64,000 bases of DNA from an uncultured Gammaproteobacteria bacterium (GTDB lineage Bacteria; Patescibacteriota; Patescibacteriia; Magasanikbacterales; GWA2-37-8): assembly GCA_964596525.1 (NCBI GenBank), contig CAZQUL010000001.1, positions 1,147,773 through 1,211,772 of the forward strand, read 5' to 3'. Both the position numbers and the translations under genes were made by a program. The notes under the pieces were generated by a model. That model was given only the letters and a program-made list of their open reading frames with translations. It was not told where the DNA came from and ran no database searches. Positions 27,613-38,224 of the stretch are shown piece by piece. Numbering within the stretch: position 1 is the stretch's first letter; every line of letters begins with the position of its first letter.

Positions 27613-28059
27613 ATGGCCGACATTTCCCTCGCTAAACTAAAGCAAAGCGGCCGACGGTCTACTCCCCTTCGGACTGTTTTATTATCCCTTTTCGAACACG
27701 GCACACATCCGCAAAGCGCTGCCGAATTGCAGCAGAAAATAGCCAAACAGGGTCTTAAAATCAACAAAACTACCCTCTATCGACAACTCGATACCCTCCT
27801 TGAGCATGGTATTATCCGCGAAATTCACCTTGATGACGAAGTGATGCGGTTTGAACTGGTGCGTCCTGGCGACCACCACCACCATTTGGTATGCCGCGGC
27901 TGCCGTACTATTCAGGATGTAGATTTTGACGACGGGACGAGCGAAGCCAAAAAGCTGGCCGAGCGGACCTTTGGATTTGTAACCCTCGAACACCGCCTAG
28001 AGTTTTTCGGCTACTGCAAAACATGCGCGCCCCGCTACCTGAAAAATTCCTCTAGTTAG
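27613..28059 (+). CDS. Fur-family metal-responsive transcriptional regulator
   Basis: wHTH plus HHHHLVCRGC...C..C metal sites. Confidence 0.75.
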   Translation: MADISLAKLKQSGRRSTPLRTVLLSLFEHGTHPQSAAELQQKIAKQGLKINKTTLYRQLDTLLEHGIIREIHLDDEVMRFELVRPGDHHHHLVCRGCRTIQDVDFDDGTSEAKKLAERTFGFVTLEHRLEFFGYCKTCAPRYLKNSSS

Positions 28060-29209
28060 ATTTTTGAGTCGTGGCGTGGCGCAGCCAAAGCGCAGCCAGA
28101 CCGGTCGTTATAGGCACGGCAATAACCAAAGCCGAACTTGCCACCATCGTACGAGCGATTTCTTCAGCCAAAAAATTGCCATTCAGCATTACCCATACCG
28201 GGACAGTCTGATGCAACAAATATAGGAGTACCACCGGAAACGATGCGCCGATATACGCCAAAAGAAGCGTATTAACGAGTGCTGCAATATGCTCGCGGCC
28301 AACCGATAAGCCGCGGCGATATAATTCTTTAAATCCGAGCGCTGGATTAGCACGCGAAACTTCTTCTACGGCGGCGGCCTGGGCCGTGGTCACATCATCA
28401 AGAACACCGATGACAGCAATAAGAACGCCGGCTAAAAGGAGTCCGCGCGCATTGATGTTGCCGCTGTCGAGCTGGAGGTAATACGCCTCTTCGCTACCCG
28501 TACCTGTAAGGCGTGCAACCCACACTACAAGATAATTGAGCCCGGTAGTGGCCGCGAGGGTCAACATGCCGGCAACAGCCGCCACCCGCGCCCGACGGTT
28601 GAAACCGTGCGAAATCGACAGGGTCAGCGTTAGCATGAGGATGCCGCCGATAAGACTGACCAAGACCGGATCGTCACCGGCCATGATGCGCGGGACGATG
28701 CCATAAAAAATAATGATGGCACTGATCGCCATGCCGAGTATGGCTGTAAAACCACGCCAGGCACCTACCATAATAACAAGAGCGAAAAACGCTAGTACGA
28801 TGAGATATAATCGCGGCAACCGGTACCAATCGACGATATAATAAAAATTTTCTTTAGCCGCATTGGCTGGCTTGGCAATAAGCACCTTATCCCCTTCTTT
28901 AACGCGCAAACTCTCATCAACCGCAAAAAGCCCGCCGTGATTGACCGTGATAATCTTCCCCTTCTCTGCCCCGTTGAGAATTTCTAACTCTACCACTTGG
29001 TACTTTTGTACCACTCCTTCTTCCATAGTTTTTTCCCCTTCTTCAAGAATCGCCTGCACGCGGGCCCGACTGTAGACATCGGGAGTTTCTTGAATGCTAG
29101 GGGCTGAAAGGTTCGCGTCATCTGGCATTTGGGCATATGAAACTGGAGCAATCGCGCAGACGGCAACCACCACGATCATTATGGATAGGATTTTTTTGAG
29201 AATATTCAT
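28052..29209 (-). CDS. YibE/F-family membrane protein
   Basis: N-terminal beta segment then multiple TM helices typical of the YibE/F family; start at M24. Confidence 0.55.
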   Translation of the reverse strand: MNILKKILSIMIVVVAVCAIAPVSYAQMPDDANLSAPSIQETPDVYSRARVQAILEEGEKTMEEGVVQKYQVVELEILNGAEKGKIITVNHGGLFAVDESLRVKEGDKVLIAKPANAAKENFYYIVDWYRLPRLYLIVLAFFALVIMVGAWRGFTAILGMAISAIIIFYGIVPRIMAGDDPVLVSLIGGILMLTLTLSISHGFNRRARVAAVAGMLTLAATTGLNYLVVWVARLTGTGSEEAYYLQLDSGNINARGLLLAGVLIAVIGVLDDVTTAQAAAVEEVSRANPALGFKELYRRGLSVGREHIAALVNTLLLAYIGASFPVVLLYLLHQTVPVWVMLNGNFLAEEIARTMVASSALVIAVPITTGLAALWLRHATTQKSN

Positions 29210-29285
29210 AAAGCAAAAGGAAGGTAGGGGTATAGTAGCATATTTAATAGCAAAACGGCGTCCGAAGACGCCGTCCAAAGCCTAA

Positions 29286-29789
29286 CTAGCCGAAGAAGGA
29301 AGGCGGCCAGTAGAGCTGGAAAGGTGGGATGGTCTCGATGGCCCGGATAAAGGCCGGGGCCAAACTCGAGAACAGAGGGCCAAAAATCCACTCCACAAGA
29401 AGGCCGAGGATGGCCCAGGGAATGGCATAGTCGCGCCGGATGAGGCCTCCAAAGCGCGCTTCGGGGTGAGGTCTGTAGTCCCAGGGCACCTTGGCTTTGA
29501 GCATGCCGCGGATAACGAGACCGCCCCAAATCAGCTCGGCCGCGAAGAAACCAGCAGCATACACGACGCCGCGTACGAAGAAGGGCCAGTGAGCAACCAA
29601 CATGAGCTTCCCTACATAGAGCAGGAGAGGCATGCCGGTAAAAAACATGATGAACGACCAACCGTTGGATTCGGTTTTGAGGCTTTTAGAGAGTTCGCGA
29701 TTCATCGTCCAAAAGCTCTCTACGATGACACCGAACCAACCGAACATGAAGCACATGACTGCGAATTCGAAGCTAAGAAACGCCGGCAT
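29286..29789 (-). CDS. Membrane protein (about 4 TM), hypothetical
   Basis: Hydrophobicity pattern only. Confidence 0.4.
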   Translation of the reverse strand: MPAFLSFEFAVMCFMFGWFGVIVESFWTMNRELSKSLKTESNGWSFIMFFTGMPLLLYVGKLMLVAHWPFFVRGVVYAAGFFAAELIWGGLVIRGMLKAKVPWDYRPHPEARFGGLIRRDYAIPWAILGLLVEWIFGPLFSSLAPAFIRAIETIPPFQLYWPPSFFG

Positions 29790-29988
29790 GACAGCCTCCT
29801 TTACGAGGATTGGTTGTTGTGCGGTTAAATAGCGTGAAAAGAGCTAAATCAGCAAATAATACCAAAAAATAGCCCTGTTGTCCAGCGTAAAGTGGGCAAG
29901 AGATGAAAAACGGATATTTCAGCTTGATTGACCGCACAGTTTAAACATGATATGCAAGAAACGGTTTTGTCCCTTACAAGGAGTTACC

Positions 29989-30852
29989 ATGATTCCGGAG
30001 AACGTGCGTAGGGCTCGCGGGTATTTTGAGCGGCTTAAGGGCGTTGCCTTCGATTTGGATGGCACGCTCTTGTACCACAAAAATTTTCCGCAGTTTGAAG
30101 AAGCACTCGTGAGGCGCTGCGCTGAAAAGCGGCGCATGGCGCAACCCGAGTTTGAAGCCGCATACCGACGGCACAAAGAGCGTGTGTCTGCCAACCGTTT
30201 GCGCGAGGGCTGGCGCGGAAAGAGCGGCAAGGTTGGTAGCGGCCCAAGCGACAATCTGATCATGTCGTCCATCGTGTTGCACAGCGCGTTGACCGAAATC
30301 GGGGTTAACGAGGCGGCGGAGCGCTCGGAGCTGACCCAAGAGATTTTCTCTGAATGCTACCCGCTTCTTGTCTCGGCTTGGCGCCCCGACGCGCTTGAGC
30401 TTCTCCCCCACCTCAAGGACGTTATTCCCATTCGGATCATTACCAATTCACCCGAGAAAGCGGTGCTGAGGAAGTTCCTCGACCCGGATACCACGCCGTC
30501 ACATCTGCGCTGGCTTGCCGACCATATCACGGGCAACGCGCAGAAGTTCGAGGTTATCGGCACGATCGACGAAGTGCCGACCGAGCTCGCAGTGCCCGGC
30601 TTCGAGCGACCGATCTTTCTGCACCGCACCCACTATTTTGAGGCGCTCAACGGCTTCCGGGCGCGGATCGGCGCACAATTCGCCGACATGGCCATGGTCG
30701 GAGATATCTTTGAGCTCGACCTGGCACTCCCGCTCGCACTCGGTATGTATGGCGTCCTGATCCAAACGCCGCTCACGACCCAGTTCGAAGGCGCATGGGT
30801 GGCGAACCATCCGCGCGGGCGCTTCGTCGAGAGTCTGCTCGATCTGGATTAA
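29989..30852 (+). CDS. HAD-superfamily hydrolase
   Basis: AFDLDGTL motif I, ITNS motif II, GD..ELD motif IV; SD AAGGAG. Confidence 0.65.
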   Translation: MIPENVRRARGYFERLKGVAFDLDGTLLYHKNFPQFEEALVRRCAEKRRMAQPEFEAAYRRHKERVSANRLREGWRGKSGKVGSGPSDNLIMSSIVLHSALTEIGVNEAAERSELTQEIFSECYPLLVSAWRPDALELLPHLKDVIPIRIITNSPEKAVLRKFLDPDTTPSHLRWLADHITGNAQKFEVIGTIDEVPTELAVPGFERPIFLHRTHYFEALNGFRARIGAQFADMAMVGDIFELDLALPLALGMYGVLIQTPLTTQFEGAWVANHPRGRFVESLLDLD

Positions 30853-30862
30853 GACAACCTTT

Positions 30863-30884
30863 AACCGCCCTTGGGCGGTTTTAT
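30863..30884 (+). terminator. Intrinsic terminator after the HAD gene (aaccgccc-ttg-ggcggtt plus T)
   Basis: Read directly. Confidence 0.5.
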
Positions 30885-30940
30885 AGTTGACCTCCTGCGC
30901 CAGAACAGCTACAGTTGAAAGGTAGCCTAAGGAGGCCGTC

Positions 30941-31165
30941 ATGACCCGTAGCGCGAAGAAACGTGTTGTGCTGTGCGCAGTTTTCAACCTCACACTGTTT
31001 CTCGGGTTTGGAGGTGACCGTCTCTTAATCGCGGCTCATGCGGCCGACAGAGGCAGCGGTGAAGGAGATAAGGGGGTCAAGCCGACCGACCCCCAGCCGC
31101 AGCCGCCCAAGCCGCCACCCAAGGACGACCCGCCGAACCCGCCGCCGGTCAAGGACAAGCGTTAG
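30941..31165 (+). CDS. Small secreted proline-rich protein (74 aa)
   Basis: Strong SD AAGGAGG; signal peptide; PQPQPPKPPPKDDPPNPPP tail; terminator downstream. Confidence 0.55.
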   Translation: MTRSAKKRVVLCAVFNLTLFLGFGGDRLLIAAHAADRGSGEGDKGVKPTDPQPQPPKPPPKDDPPNPPPVKDKR

Positions 31166-31187
31166 CGGCTGTGCGATCTGACAAAAA

Positions 31188-31225
31188 TCAAGAGCCCCTC
31201 ACGATGAGGAGCTCTTTTTATTTAG
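31188..31225. terminator. Bidirectional terminator (aagagcccctc / gaggagctctt)
   Basis: Hairpin with flanking A/T runs between convergent genes. Confidence 0.6.
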
Positions 31226-31237
31226 ATTACAACCGAA

Positions 31238-32509
31238 CTATCGTGCGGCAGCAGTAGATTTTACGGCCGGCTTGAGAATGAGTTCGGTTGCTTTCTGAAC
31301 CATAACGTCTTGGCCGACTTTTTCTTTCTCGAAGTCTTGCTTTACCTCGATATCCGGCTTAATGCCTTGCTTGTTGATATTGCGGCCAAACGGAGTAAAC
31401 CATTCGGCGATAGTAAGTTTAAGCGAAGACCCATCCGGAAAACCTTGCAAACCCTGTACTGATCCTTTACCGAAGGAAGTTTCACCCATTATGGTGGCGA
31501 TCTTGTAATCTTGCAAAGCGCCTGCGACGATCTCGGAGGCCGAAGCTGACCCTTTGTTGATAAGGACGACGGTCTTCACGCCTTTGAACGGCTGATCACC
31601 GGTTGATGTAAAGGAACCGAGAATGGAAGTGCGCCCGCGTTCTTCTACAACCATATTGCCGTTTTGAACCCATTTGCTCGCCACCTGCACCGCTACCGGG
31701 AGAAGTCCCCCGGGATTGCTGCGCAAGTCGAGGATAATGCCTTTGACGTTACGAGGAAGAGCTGCTACCACCTCCTCGAGTTTGGACGGAATTTCTTCGT
31801 TGAATTGCGACAAGCGAATATTCACGATGCCGTTCTTGATGGTGTAGGTGAGCGACGGAGCGATGATGCGCGCCCGAGTGATAGTGATATCGAAAGGTTT
31901 GACCACTTTATCACGGTTGATGGTGAGCGTAACCGTAGTGCTGGCCGGACCGCGAATCTTGCTGACAGCAGTAAACGTATCCATGCCGAACGTAGTCTCT
32001 TTGTTAATCGCCATGATACGATCGGCCGGACGAATGCCGGCACGTTCAGCTGGTGAATCCGCAAGCGGCGTAACGACAGTCAGTTGGCCATTTTTAATAC
32101 CGATTTCGGCGCCGATGCCTTCAAAGATGCCATCGAGGTCTTGGTTGAACTGTTCGGTTTCGGCCGGCGGCATGAAGACGGAGTACGGATCTTCAAGCGA
32201 AGCGACCATGCCTTCGAGCGATCCGTAGAACAGTTTTTTCTCATCAACGCCGTCTTTGATGTACTGGTCTTTGATCCGGTTCCAAACCGACCAGAACTGG
32301 GCAAAATCAGGCGTAGTTGAAGCAATGTTAAGGTCAAGCGTGACACTGCCGTTCGCCGGCACCACTTCTTGGGCCTTGCTAACCGATTTTTCGAGGAAGC
32401 TGTGGCCGATAAATACGCCCAGACTAAACGTGGACGCGACCACCAGAACCATAAGGTACTGGCGCAAGTAGCGCGAGGCTCGCAGGGCACGTGGGGAGAT
32501 ATTCATCAT
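31238..32509 (-). CDS. ctpA: C-terminal processing peptidase, S41 family (CtpA/Prc-like)
   Basis: PDZ domain plus S41 catalytic region (LDLRSNPGGLL, K-dyad). Confidence 0.8.
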   Translation of the reverse strand: MMNISPRALRASRYLRQYLMVLVVASTFSLGVFIGHSFLEKSVSKAQEVVPANGSVTLDLNIASTTPDFAQFWSVWNRIKDQYIKDGVDEKKLFYGSLEGMVASLEDPYSVFMPPAETEQFNQDLDGIFEGIGAEIGIKNGQLTVVTPLADSPAERAGIRPADRIMAINKETTFGMDTFTAVSKIRGPASTTVTLTINRDKVVKPFDITITRARIIAPSLTYTIKNGIVNIRLSQFNEEIPSKLEEVVAALPRNVKGIILDLRSNPGGLLPVAVQVASKWVQNGNMVVEERGRTSILGSFTSTGDQPFKGVKTVVLINKGSASASEIVAGALQDYKIATIMGETSFGKGSVQGLQGFPDGSSLKLTIAEWFTPFGRNINKQGIKPDIEVKQDFEKEKVGQDVMVQKATELILKPAVKSTAAAR

Positions 32510-32530
32510 AAAGAAAACATTTTTTATAAA

Positions 32531-33847
32531 CTAAGATGCGGGAACATCGGTTACGAGTTCGATGTCGGCACCGACGCTCTTAAGGGCTTCATGGAGGCGT
32601 TCATAGCCGCGATCGATCTGGTAGGTGTTGCGCAAAATTGACGTACCGCGCGCGGCGAGCATACAGATAAGCACGTCAACGGCCGGTCGCAAGGCGGGCG
32701 GAGATTCCAGATCGCCGGGCTTAAACACGGTCGGCCCTTCGACACCAGAGCGATGGATGTCGATAGCGTCGATTCTAGCACCGAGCTTGTTGAGTTCGGT
32801 AAGGTAGATGGAGCGATTTTCGTAGACCCAGTCGTGTACGAGGGTGCGGCCTTTGGCCTGGGTGAGGATGGGCACAAAAAGCGGGAGGTTGTCGATGTTA
32901 AGGCCAGGAAATGGACGGCATTCAAGCTTATCGGGCAATGCTTTGAGTTTGCTCGGGACGATGGTGATATCGACAAGGGGAAACTTGCCGTTTTTGGAGA
33001 TGCGGTGGTTAGAGAGCTCATAATTCTGCCCCATAGTTTTGAGCTTAAGGAGCTCGAGCTCCAAAAAGTCGAGTGGGCAATTGGCGATGGTGAGACGCGA
33101 TTTGGTGGTAATCGCGACCGCGATGTAGGTCATGGCCACGATCGGGTCCGGAACCAGCGGATAGTTTTTTACGGATTTGAGCTCTTTTACGCCTTCGATG
33201 GTGAGTGTAGTAGTGCCGATGCCTTTGATTTTGGCGCCAGCTTTGACCAAAAAGTAGCACAGATCTTGCACCATGTAGTTGGCCGAAGCCATTTTAATGA
33301 CCGTCGTGCCCGGTGCTAAGACCGCGGCCATAACCGCATTTTCGGTAGGCGTATCGCCGGACTCGTACATAACGACATAGGCCGAGCGCAGCGGTTCATT
33401 GACTACGTCGTAGTAGGTATCTTTAGACGTAACACGAACGCCAAAGGATTCAAGTGCGTATAAATGCGGGCGCACGGTACGCTTGCCAAGTTTGCAGCCT
33501 CCGGTGCGATACAAACGATATTTCTTGACACGACCGGCAAGCGCGCCCAGAAGCATAAGCGATGAACGGGTAGCTTCACAGGCACGGCGATCGATACTCT
33601 CAAGGCTAAGGGCACCGCTCGCATCAAGCTCTACAATGCCTGGTTTAGGGCGGCTCACGTTGACGCCGATGCTTTCCAAAAGTTCGATAATGCGGTTTAC
33701 TTCTTCAATATCCGGCACATCAGAGAGACGAGTCGAGCCTTTAATCATGGCCGCAGCACAAAGTATGGATACTGCCGAATTCTTGGCCGACTGATTAACG
33801 ATGGTACCGTGCAATTTTTTGCCTCCTTTGATGATAAAGTGGGACAT
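32531..33847 (-). CDS. murA: UDP-N-acetylglucosamine 1-carboxyvinyltransferase
   Basis: EPT-fold repeats; catalytic Cys region LGKRTVRPH-like; start at M13. Confidence 0.85.
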   Translation of the reverse strand: MSHFIIKGGKKLHGTIVNQSAKNSAVSILCAAAMIKGSTRLSDVPDIEEVNRIIELLESIGVNVSRPKPGIVELDASGALSLESIDRRACEATRSSLMLLGALAGRVKKYRLYRTGGCKLGKRTVRPHLYALESFGVRVTSKDTYYDVVNEPLRSAYVVMYESGDTPTENAVMAAVLAPGTTVIKMASANYMVQDLCYFLVKAGAKIKGIGTTTLTIEGVKELKSVKNYPLVPDPIVAMTYIAVAITTKSRLTIANCPLDFLELELLKLKTMGQNYELSNHRISKNGKFPLVDITIVPSKLKALPDKLECRPFPGLNIDNLPLFVPILTQAKGRTLVHDWVYENRSIYLTELNKLGARIDAIDIHRSGVEGPTVFKPGDLESPPALRPAVDVLICMLAARGTSILRNTYQIDRGYERLHEALKSVGADIELVTDVPAS

Positions 33848-33886
33848 AGGATATACTATCCCCATCCTAACACGGTTTTTCATCTT

Positions 33887-35254
33887 ATGGAATACCCCGG
33901 CAGCACCTTTACCAAGCCGTGGCGCATGGCGCTTCTGGCAGTTTTTATTGTTATTTTCGTTATATTAACACCAACGATTATACTCTACAGCGCTGGGTAC
34001 CGCTGGAGCTTTATCCAAAACAGATGGCAGCTGGTTGGAGGCTTGAGCATTGATACGGAGCCCAAAAACGTAGAGGTGTATCTTAACGGCAAAATGGTTG
34101 GGACCAAATCGCCACTTCGCCTCATGACGCTTGTCCCAGACACCTATGAGCTAACGCTGAGCGCGCCAGGATATTACGCGCTCTCGACGTTTGTTGGTGT
34201 TTCGAGTCAAGAGACCACGTATGTAAAAAATATTTCGCTTATCAAGAAAGACCCCTTTACACTCTACCTCCCTTTTCCAATCAAGAACTTGAGCGTAAGT
34301 CCTGACGAAAAGGTATTCATAGCCACCTATGCTACAGCGACCGGAACCGCAGTGGCAGTATTTTCTCCCGAAGAGGCAAACAGCACTCCAACTCCACGCG
34401 GCACACTTACACCGGGCGATTATACTATAAGCTGGCTCGATGGCGGTAATGAAGCTATATTCGCTTCCACTTCATCGCCTGTCATGCATATATTCAACCG
34501 TGCGCGAAATACCGTTAAAAAATACGAAATTCCCTTTGGCAGCGAACGCATCCAAGCCGACCCGGCAGCGCCGTTCGTATATTTTTTCTTTAATGACCAT
34601 GCCACCCGTTTTTCGCTGCGCTCCGAGAGCTACGATTCGGTGCAGCTTGATACTACGACGACGTGGTATGTAGCAAATGACGTATGGTACGGATTGCGCA
34701 CCGATCTCGCTTTCGGCGGGCTCGAAGTTGTGCGCGGAACGGTACGCAACGGAATTTTGGATGAGGAACCACTACGCGGCGATGGTTTTGACCGCTTGCG
34801 CAGCTGGATGAAAGGAAGTGATTGGCAGATCGTCAGCGTGCGCGAAGGTACTTTAGAGCTGTTCTCTGCCGCACGCAATGAACGCGCCATCGTTACGCGA
34901 GACGAGCTTGTGAGTGCAGAGGGGGGCAAGAGCCACTACTCCCCCACGCTCAATCGCTGGTATTTCATTGACACGTACGCGCTGCGAGATTTTACTCCCC
35001 AACAAGATATAACCCCCCGCCTTCTCTACCGTGGCGCTACAGCGTTCTCCCATGCTTTGCCGATCTTTGCTTCTGACATCTTCGCACTTCAACGAGACAA
35101 CATGGTGGTCGTCCGCTTTACGGAGCGCAATGTCGAACAAATTCTAGCCACCGACATGCACTGCACGAGGCTTTTGGCACATCTACCCGAACGCAAATTG
35201 TGGTGTGCTGGTACGCACCGTGGCACCGACGGATTGTGGGTTAAAAATTATTAA
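33887..35254 (+). CDS. Membrane-anchored PEGA-domain protein
   Basis: N-terminal TM; VEVYLNGKMVGTKSPLRL...PDTYELTLSAPGY PEGA motif. Confidence 0.5.
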   Translation: MEYPGSTFTKPWRMALLAVFIVIFVILTPTIILYSAGYRWSFIQNRWQLVGGLSIDTEPKNVEVYLNGKMVGTKSPLRLMTLVPDTYELTLSAPGYYALSTFVGVSSQETTYVKNISLIKKDPFTLYLPFPIKNLSVSPDEKVFIATYATATGTAVAVFSPEEANSTPTPRGTLTPGDYTISWLDGGNEAIFASTSSPVMHIFNRARNTVKKYEIPFGSERIQADPAAPFVYFFFNDHATRFSLRSESYDSVQLDTTTTWYVANDVWYGLRTDLAFGGLEVVRGTVRNGILDEEPLRGDGFDRLRSWMKGSDWQIVSVREGTLELFSAARNERAIVTRDELVSAEGGKSHYSPTLNRWYFIDTYALRDFTPQQDITPRLLYRGATAFSHALPIFASDIFALQRDNMVVVRFTERNVEQILATDMHCTRLLAHLPERKLWCAGTHRGTDGLWVKNY

Positions 35255-35260
35255 ACGTAT

Positions 35261-35674
35261 ATGCACCTGACTGTGTTTACTGACGGCGGGTCGCGCGGCA
35301 ACCCTGGACCGTCCGCGACCGGTATCGTGGTCAAAGACGCTAGCGGAAAAACCATCGCAGCTTACGGCGAGTATCTTGGCATCCAAACCAACAACGTAGC
35401 CGAATATCAAGCACTGCTTTCGGCTCTAACCAAAGCGCAAGAACTCGGCGGAACTCACGTCGACTGCGTGCTCGATAGCGAACTTGTGGTAAAACAAATG
35501 AATGGCCAGTACCGCGTGCGCAATCCAGAACTGCTAAAACTCTTTCTACGCATCTATAACCTGCGGCAGGGATTCAAAAAAGTGACCTTCCGGCATACAC
35601 TGCGCGAGGGCAACAAAGAGGCTGACGCAGAGGTAAACAAAGTGCTTGACGCGCATATGAAAACCACCGGTTAA
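35261..35674 (+). CDS. rnhA: Ribonuclease HI
   Basis: TDGGSRGNPGP...TNNVAEYQAL RNase H motifs. Confidence 0.8.
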   Translation: MHLTVFTDGGSRGNPGPSATGIVVKDASGKTIAAYGEYLGIQTNNVAEYQALLSALTKAQELGGTHVDCVLDSELVVKQMNGQYRVRNPELLKLFLRIYNLRQGFKKVTFRHTLREGNKEADAEVNKVLDAHMKTTG

Positions 35675-35708
35675 CCGGTGGTTTTCTGAACGTTTTTAAC
35701 TTAGCCGT

Positions 35709-36824
35709 TTAGTTGCTGGTGGAGGTAACGAGCGGGGGGACGATCATTGTGGGCGTGGTGAAGACCATTGTCGGCTGAGACTGGATAAACGGCCGGTTTT
35801 GAGCGAGTTCGGCAATAATGGTTTCGAATTTCTTGTAATCTGCGGGCATTACGACCGGACGGCCGGAGCCAAAATGCTCAAAAGTCATACGCATATTAAC
35901 CGTAAGATTATCGGTTTTATTCTTATTGACAGCAGATGACACGGAGAACGAAAGAAGTTCAGGCAACATGGTCCGCTTGTTCACAATAAGATCGGCCGAG
36001 AACGCAGGGAGCTTGGTAAAGAGCTTGTTGAGCTCGCGGATATCGGAGGCACTGGGTTTCTCACCGATGATTTTGGAGATATCGAGTATGAAGAGGCGAG
36101 CACCGACCGGATTCAGCTTGAGGCGCAAGCGGTAGGCCGGAGCACCGCTCGCATCTTTGGCATCGGCGACGCGCGTAGCAGTAACGACATTACGACTCCA
36201 GAAAGCCTTTTCAATCTTAGCGTTCATTTCTTTCATTTTGGCTTCGTCGGCGCTAAGTGGATTGCTGTACGAAGGGTTTTCCGCAGAGGTACCCTGCACG
36301 CCCAGAAGCGGCATTAAAGCCGGATTAAGGAAAGCATTCGGCACCGTCTGCTGGTCGATACGGATCCAGGTATTGAGATATTTACTCAAATCAAAACCGA
36401 GAGATGCAGTTGAGGTAGGCAGACTAAACCCGCTGACGCGGAAATTAAGTGTACCAGCTTCATCACCGACCATTTCAAGGAGTGGAGATTGTCCGGTGGC
36501 GGGATTATAGAAGGTTACGGCGGTGCTGTACGTCTTGGCCACCTGGTCGGCCGAACCGGTAAAGTAAGTGCGGAATTCTTGACCCTGGGCCAAAAAAGCG
36601 AGCGATGGGTCGATGGCCTCCTGACGGAGTTCTTCCGGCAAGACGATACCGACCCGGCCAGCGAAATCGTATGAGGGTAGCTTCTCTAGATTAGCGAACG
36701 ATTGTTTGAAGATAGTTTGTGCCAACGGCGTTGCGGCAGCTGCTGGGAGGGGAATGAAAGCGCCGAAGAGAGCGAGTATTGCCAACCCGGCAATGCCGCG
36801 CTTGAACGAGAAGGACATAAGCAA
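35709..36824 (-). CDS. Secreted protein, hypothetical (signal peptide)
   Basis: N-terminal signal sequence; no recognisable family. Confidence 0.5.
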   Translation of the reverse strand: MLMSFSFKRGIAGLAILALFGAFIPLPAAAATPLAQTIFKQSFANLEKLPSYDFAGRVGIVLPEELRQEAIDPSLAFLAQGQEFRTYFTGSADQVAKTYSTAVTFYNPATGQSPLLEMVGDEAGTLNFRVSGFSLPTSTASLGFDLSKYLNTWIRIDQQTVPNAFLNPALMPLLGVQGTSAENPSYSNPLSADEAKMKEMNAKIEKAFWSRNVVTATRVADAKDASGAPAYRLRLKLNPVGARLFILDISKIIGEKPSASDIRELNKLFTKLPAFSADLIVNKRTMLPELLSFSVSSAVNKNKTDNLTVNMRMTFEHFGSGRPVVMPADYKKFETIIAELAQNRPFIQSQPTMVFTTPTMIVPPLVTSTSN

Positions 36825-36941
36825 AGATGGTTAGTATAGATTAATTCCTTATATAAGTATCGTAGAGATATGAAATAAGGAAGTCAAGAGACAATTAGAA
36901 TTTCGGATTAACTCTCGGTATTGCACGATTATCAGGGAACT

Positions 36942-38045
36942 TTACAACACATCACGCAGTTCTTCGAGCTTACGCTTAAGTTCTTTGGATACTTTGCGCG
37001 GTACGTTGATTTTGAGCTCAACATAGAGATCACCGCGCGTCGAGGGACGATTGAGAACCGGAATACCGTGATGTTTGAGCCGGATACGTTGACCATGCTC
37101 AGAACCTTCAGGAATTTCTATCTTAAGCATTCCTTCGAGCGACTCGATCTCGACGGTATCGCCCAAAACAGCTTGCGTAAAGCTGATAGTTTTTTCTACA
37201 TACACATCGAACCCTTCACGGCGAAAACCTTTGAGCGGTTTAAGATGGACCGCGACGTACAGGTCACCTTTCACGCCGCCATGAGGAGCAGCTTCGCCCA
37301 AACCCGTAAGACGGATGGACTGCCCCGCGTCGATACCGGCGGGAATCTTGACCGTGTGCTTGACGGTTTTCGCAAGAATACCGTCACCACCACAGTGTTT
37401 GCATTTTTTAGCCGCATGCTCTCCCCTACCTTGACAGGTCGGGCACGGGGCAACCGTCTGCATGGTACCCAAAAAGGTGCGCTGATTCTGCACCACCTGG
37501 CCGCGTCCGTGGCAGGTACCGCATGTTTCCATTTTACTCCCGGGTTCGGCGCCACTGCCGGTACAAACTTCACACGTGTCTTGTTTGCGCAGCTGGATTT
37601 CTTTTTCCACGCCAAAAGCCGCTTCTTTAAAATCAAGTTCAATATCGACTTGAATGTCATTACCGCGCGCCCGGCCGCCTCCCCGCCCACCGCCGCCGAA
37701 ACCAAAGAGGTCGCCGAACATATCGCCGAAATCCATGCCGCCGAAATTGAAGTTGAAGTTGCCCTGCCCTCCACCGCCGCGCGTCGCGCGCATGAAATCT
37801 TCCCAATTCATACCGCCGCCAAAGCCGCCCTGCTGCTCAAAATCGGAACCGAACTGGTCGTAACGTTTACGTTTTTCCGCATCGTTAAGAACTTGGTATG
37901 CTTCATTGATTTCCTTAAACTTCTTTTCATCGCCCGTCGGGCGGTCGGGGTGATACTGCAACGCAAGCTTTTTGAAAGCTTTCTTTATATCGTCGGGAGA
38001 GGCGTTTTTTTCGACGCCGAGAATTTTGTAATAATCTTTGGACAT
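36942..38045 (-). CDS. dnaJ: Chaperone DnaJ
   Basis: J-domain HPD, Gly/Phe-rich region, four CxxCxGxG zinc-finger repeats. Confidence 0.9.
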   Translation of the reverse strand: MSKDYYKILGVEKNASPDDIKKAFKKLALQYHPDRPTGDEKKFKEINEAYQVLNDAEKRKRYDQFGSDFEQQGGFGGGMNWEDFMRATRGGGGQGNFNFNFGGMDFGDMFGDLFGFGGGGRGGGRARGNDIQVDIELDFKEAAFGVEKEIQLRKQDTCEVCTGSGAEPGSKMETCGTCHGRGQVVQNQRTFLGTMQTVAPCPTCQGRGEHAAKKCKHCGGDGILAKTVKHTVKIPAGIDAGQSIRLTGLGEAAPHGGVKGDLYVAVHLKPLKGFRREGFDVYVEKTISFTQAVLGDTVEIESLEGMLKIEIPEGSEHGQRIRLKHHGIPVLNRPSTRGDLYVELKINVPRKVSKELKRKLEELRDVL

Positions 38046-38224
38046 AAGGGAAATGAGGCTAGCGGATGATTATAGTACGGGATACTAGGCAGGAAATAAG
38101 AATTGCGATTTTTAAATAGATTTTTTCATACAAAGCATCCACAGGTATTATTGAATACATCGATAAAACCAGTAAACTGCATGCGCGGCCATTTATGGCT
38201 TGAACTAAAAACTGAGGTGGAACA

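Noticed and set aside
36921-38069. 382-aa + strand ORF
   Set aside because: Antisense to an unmistakable dnaJ; low-complexity translation
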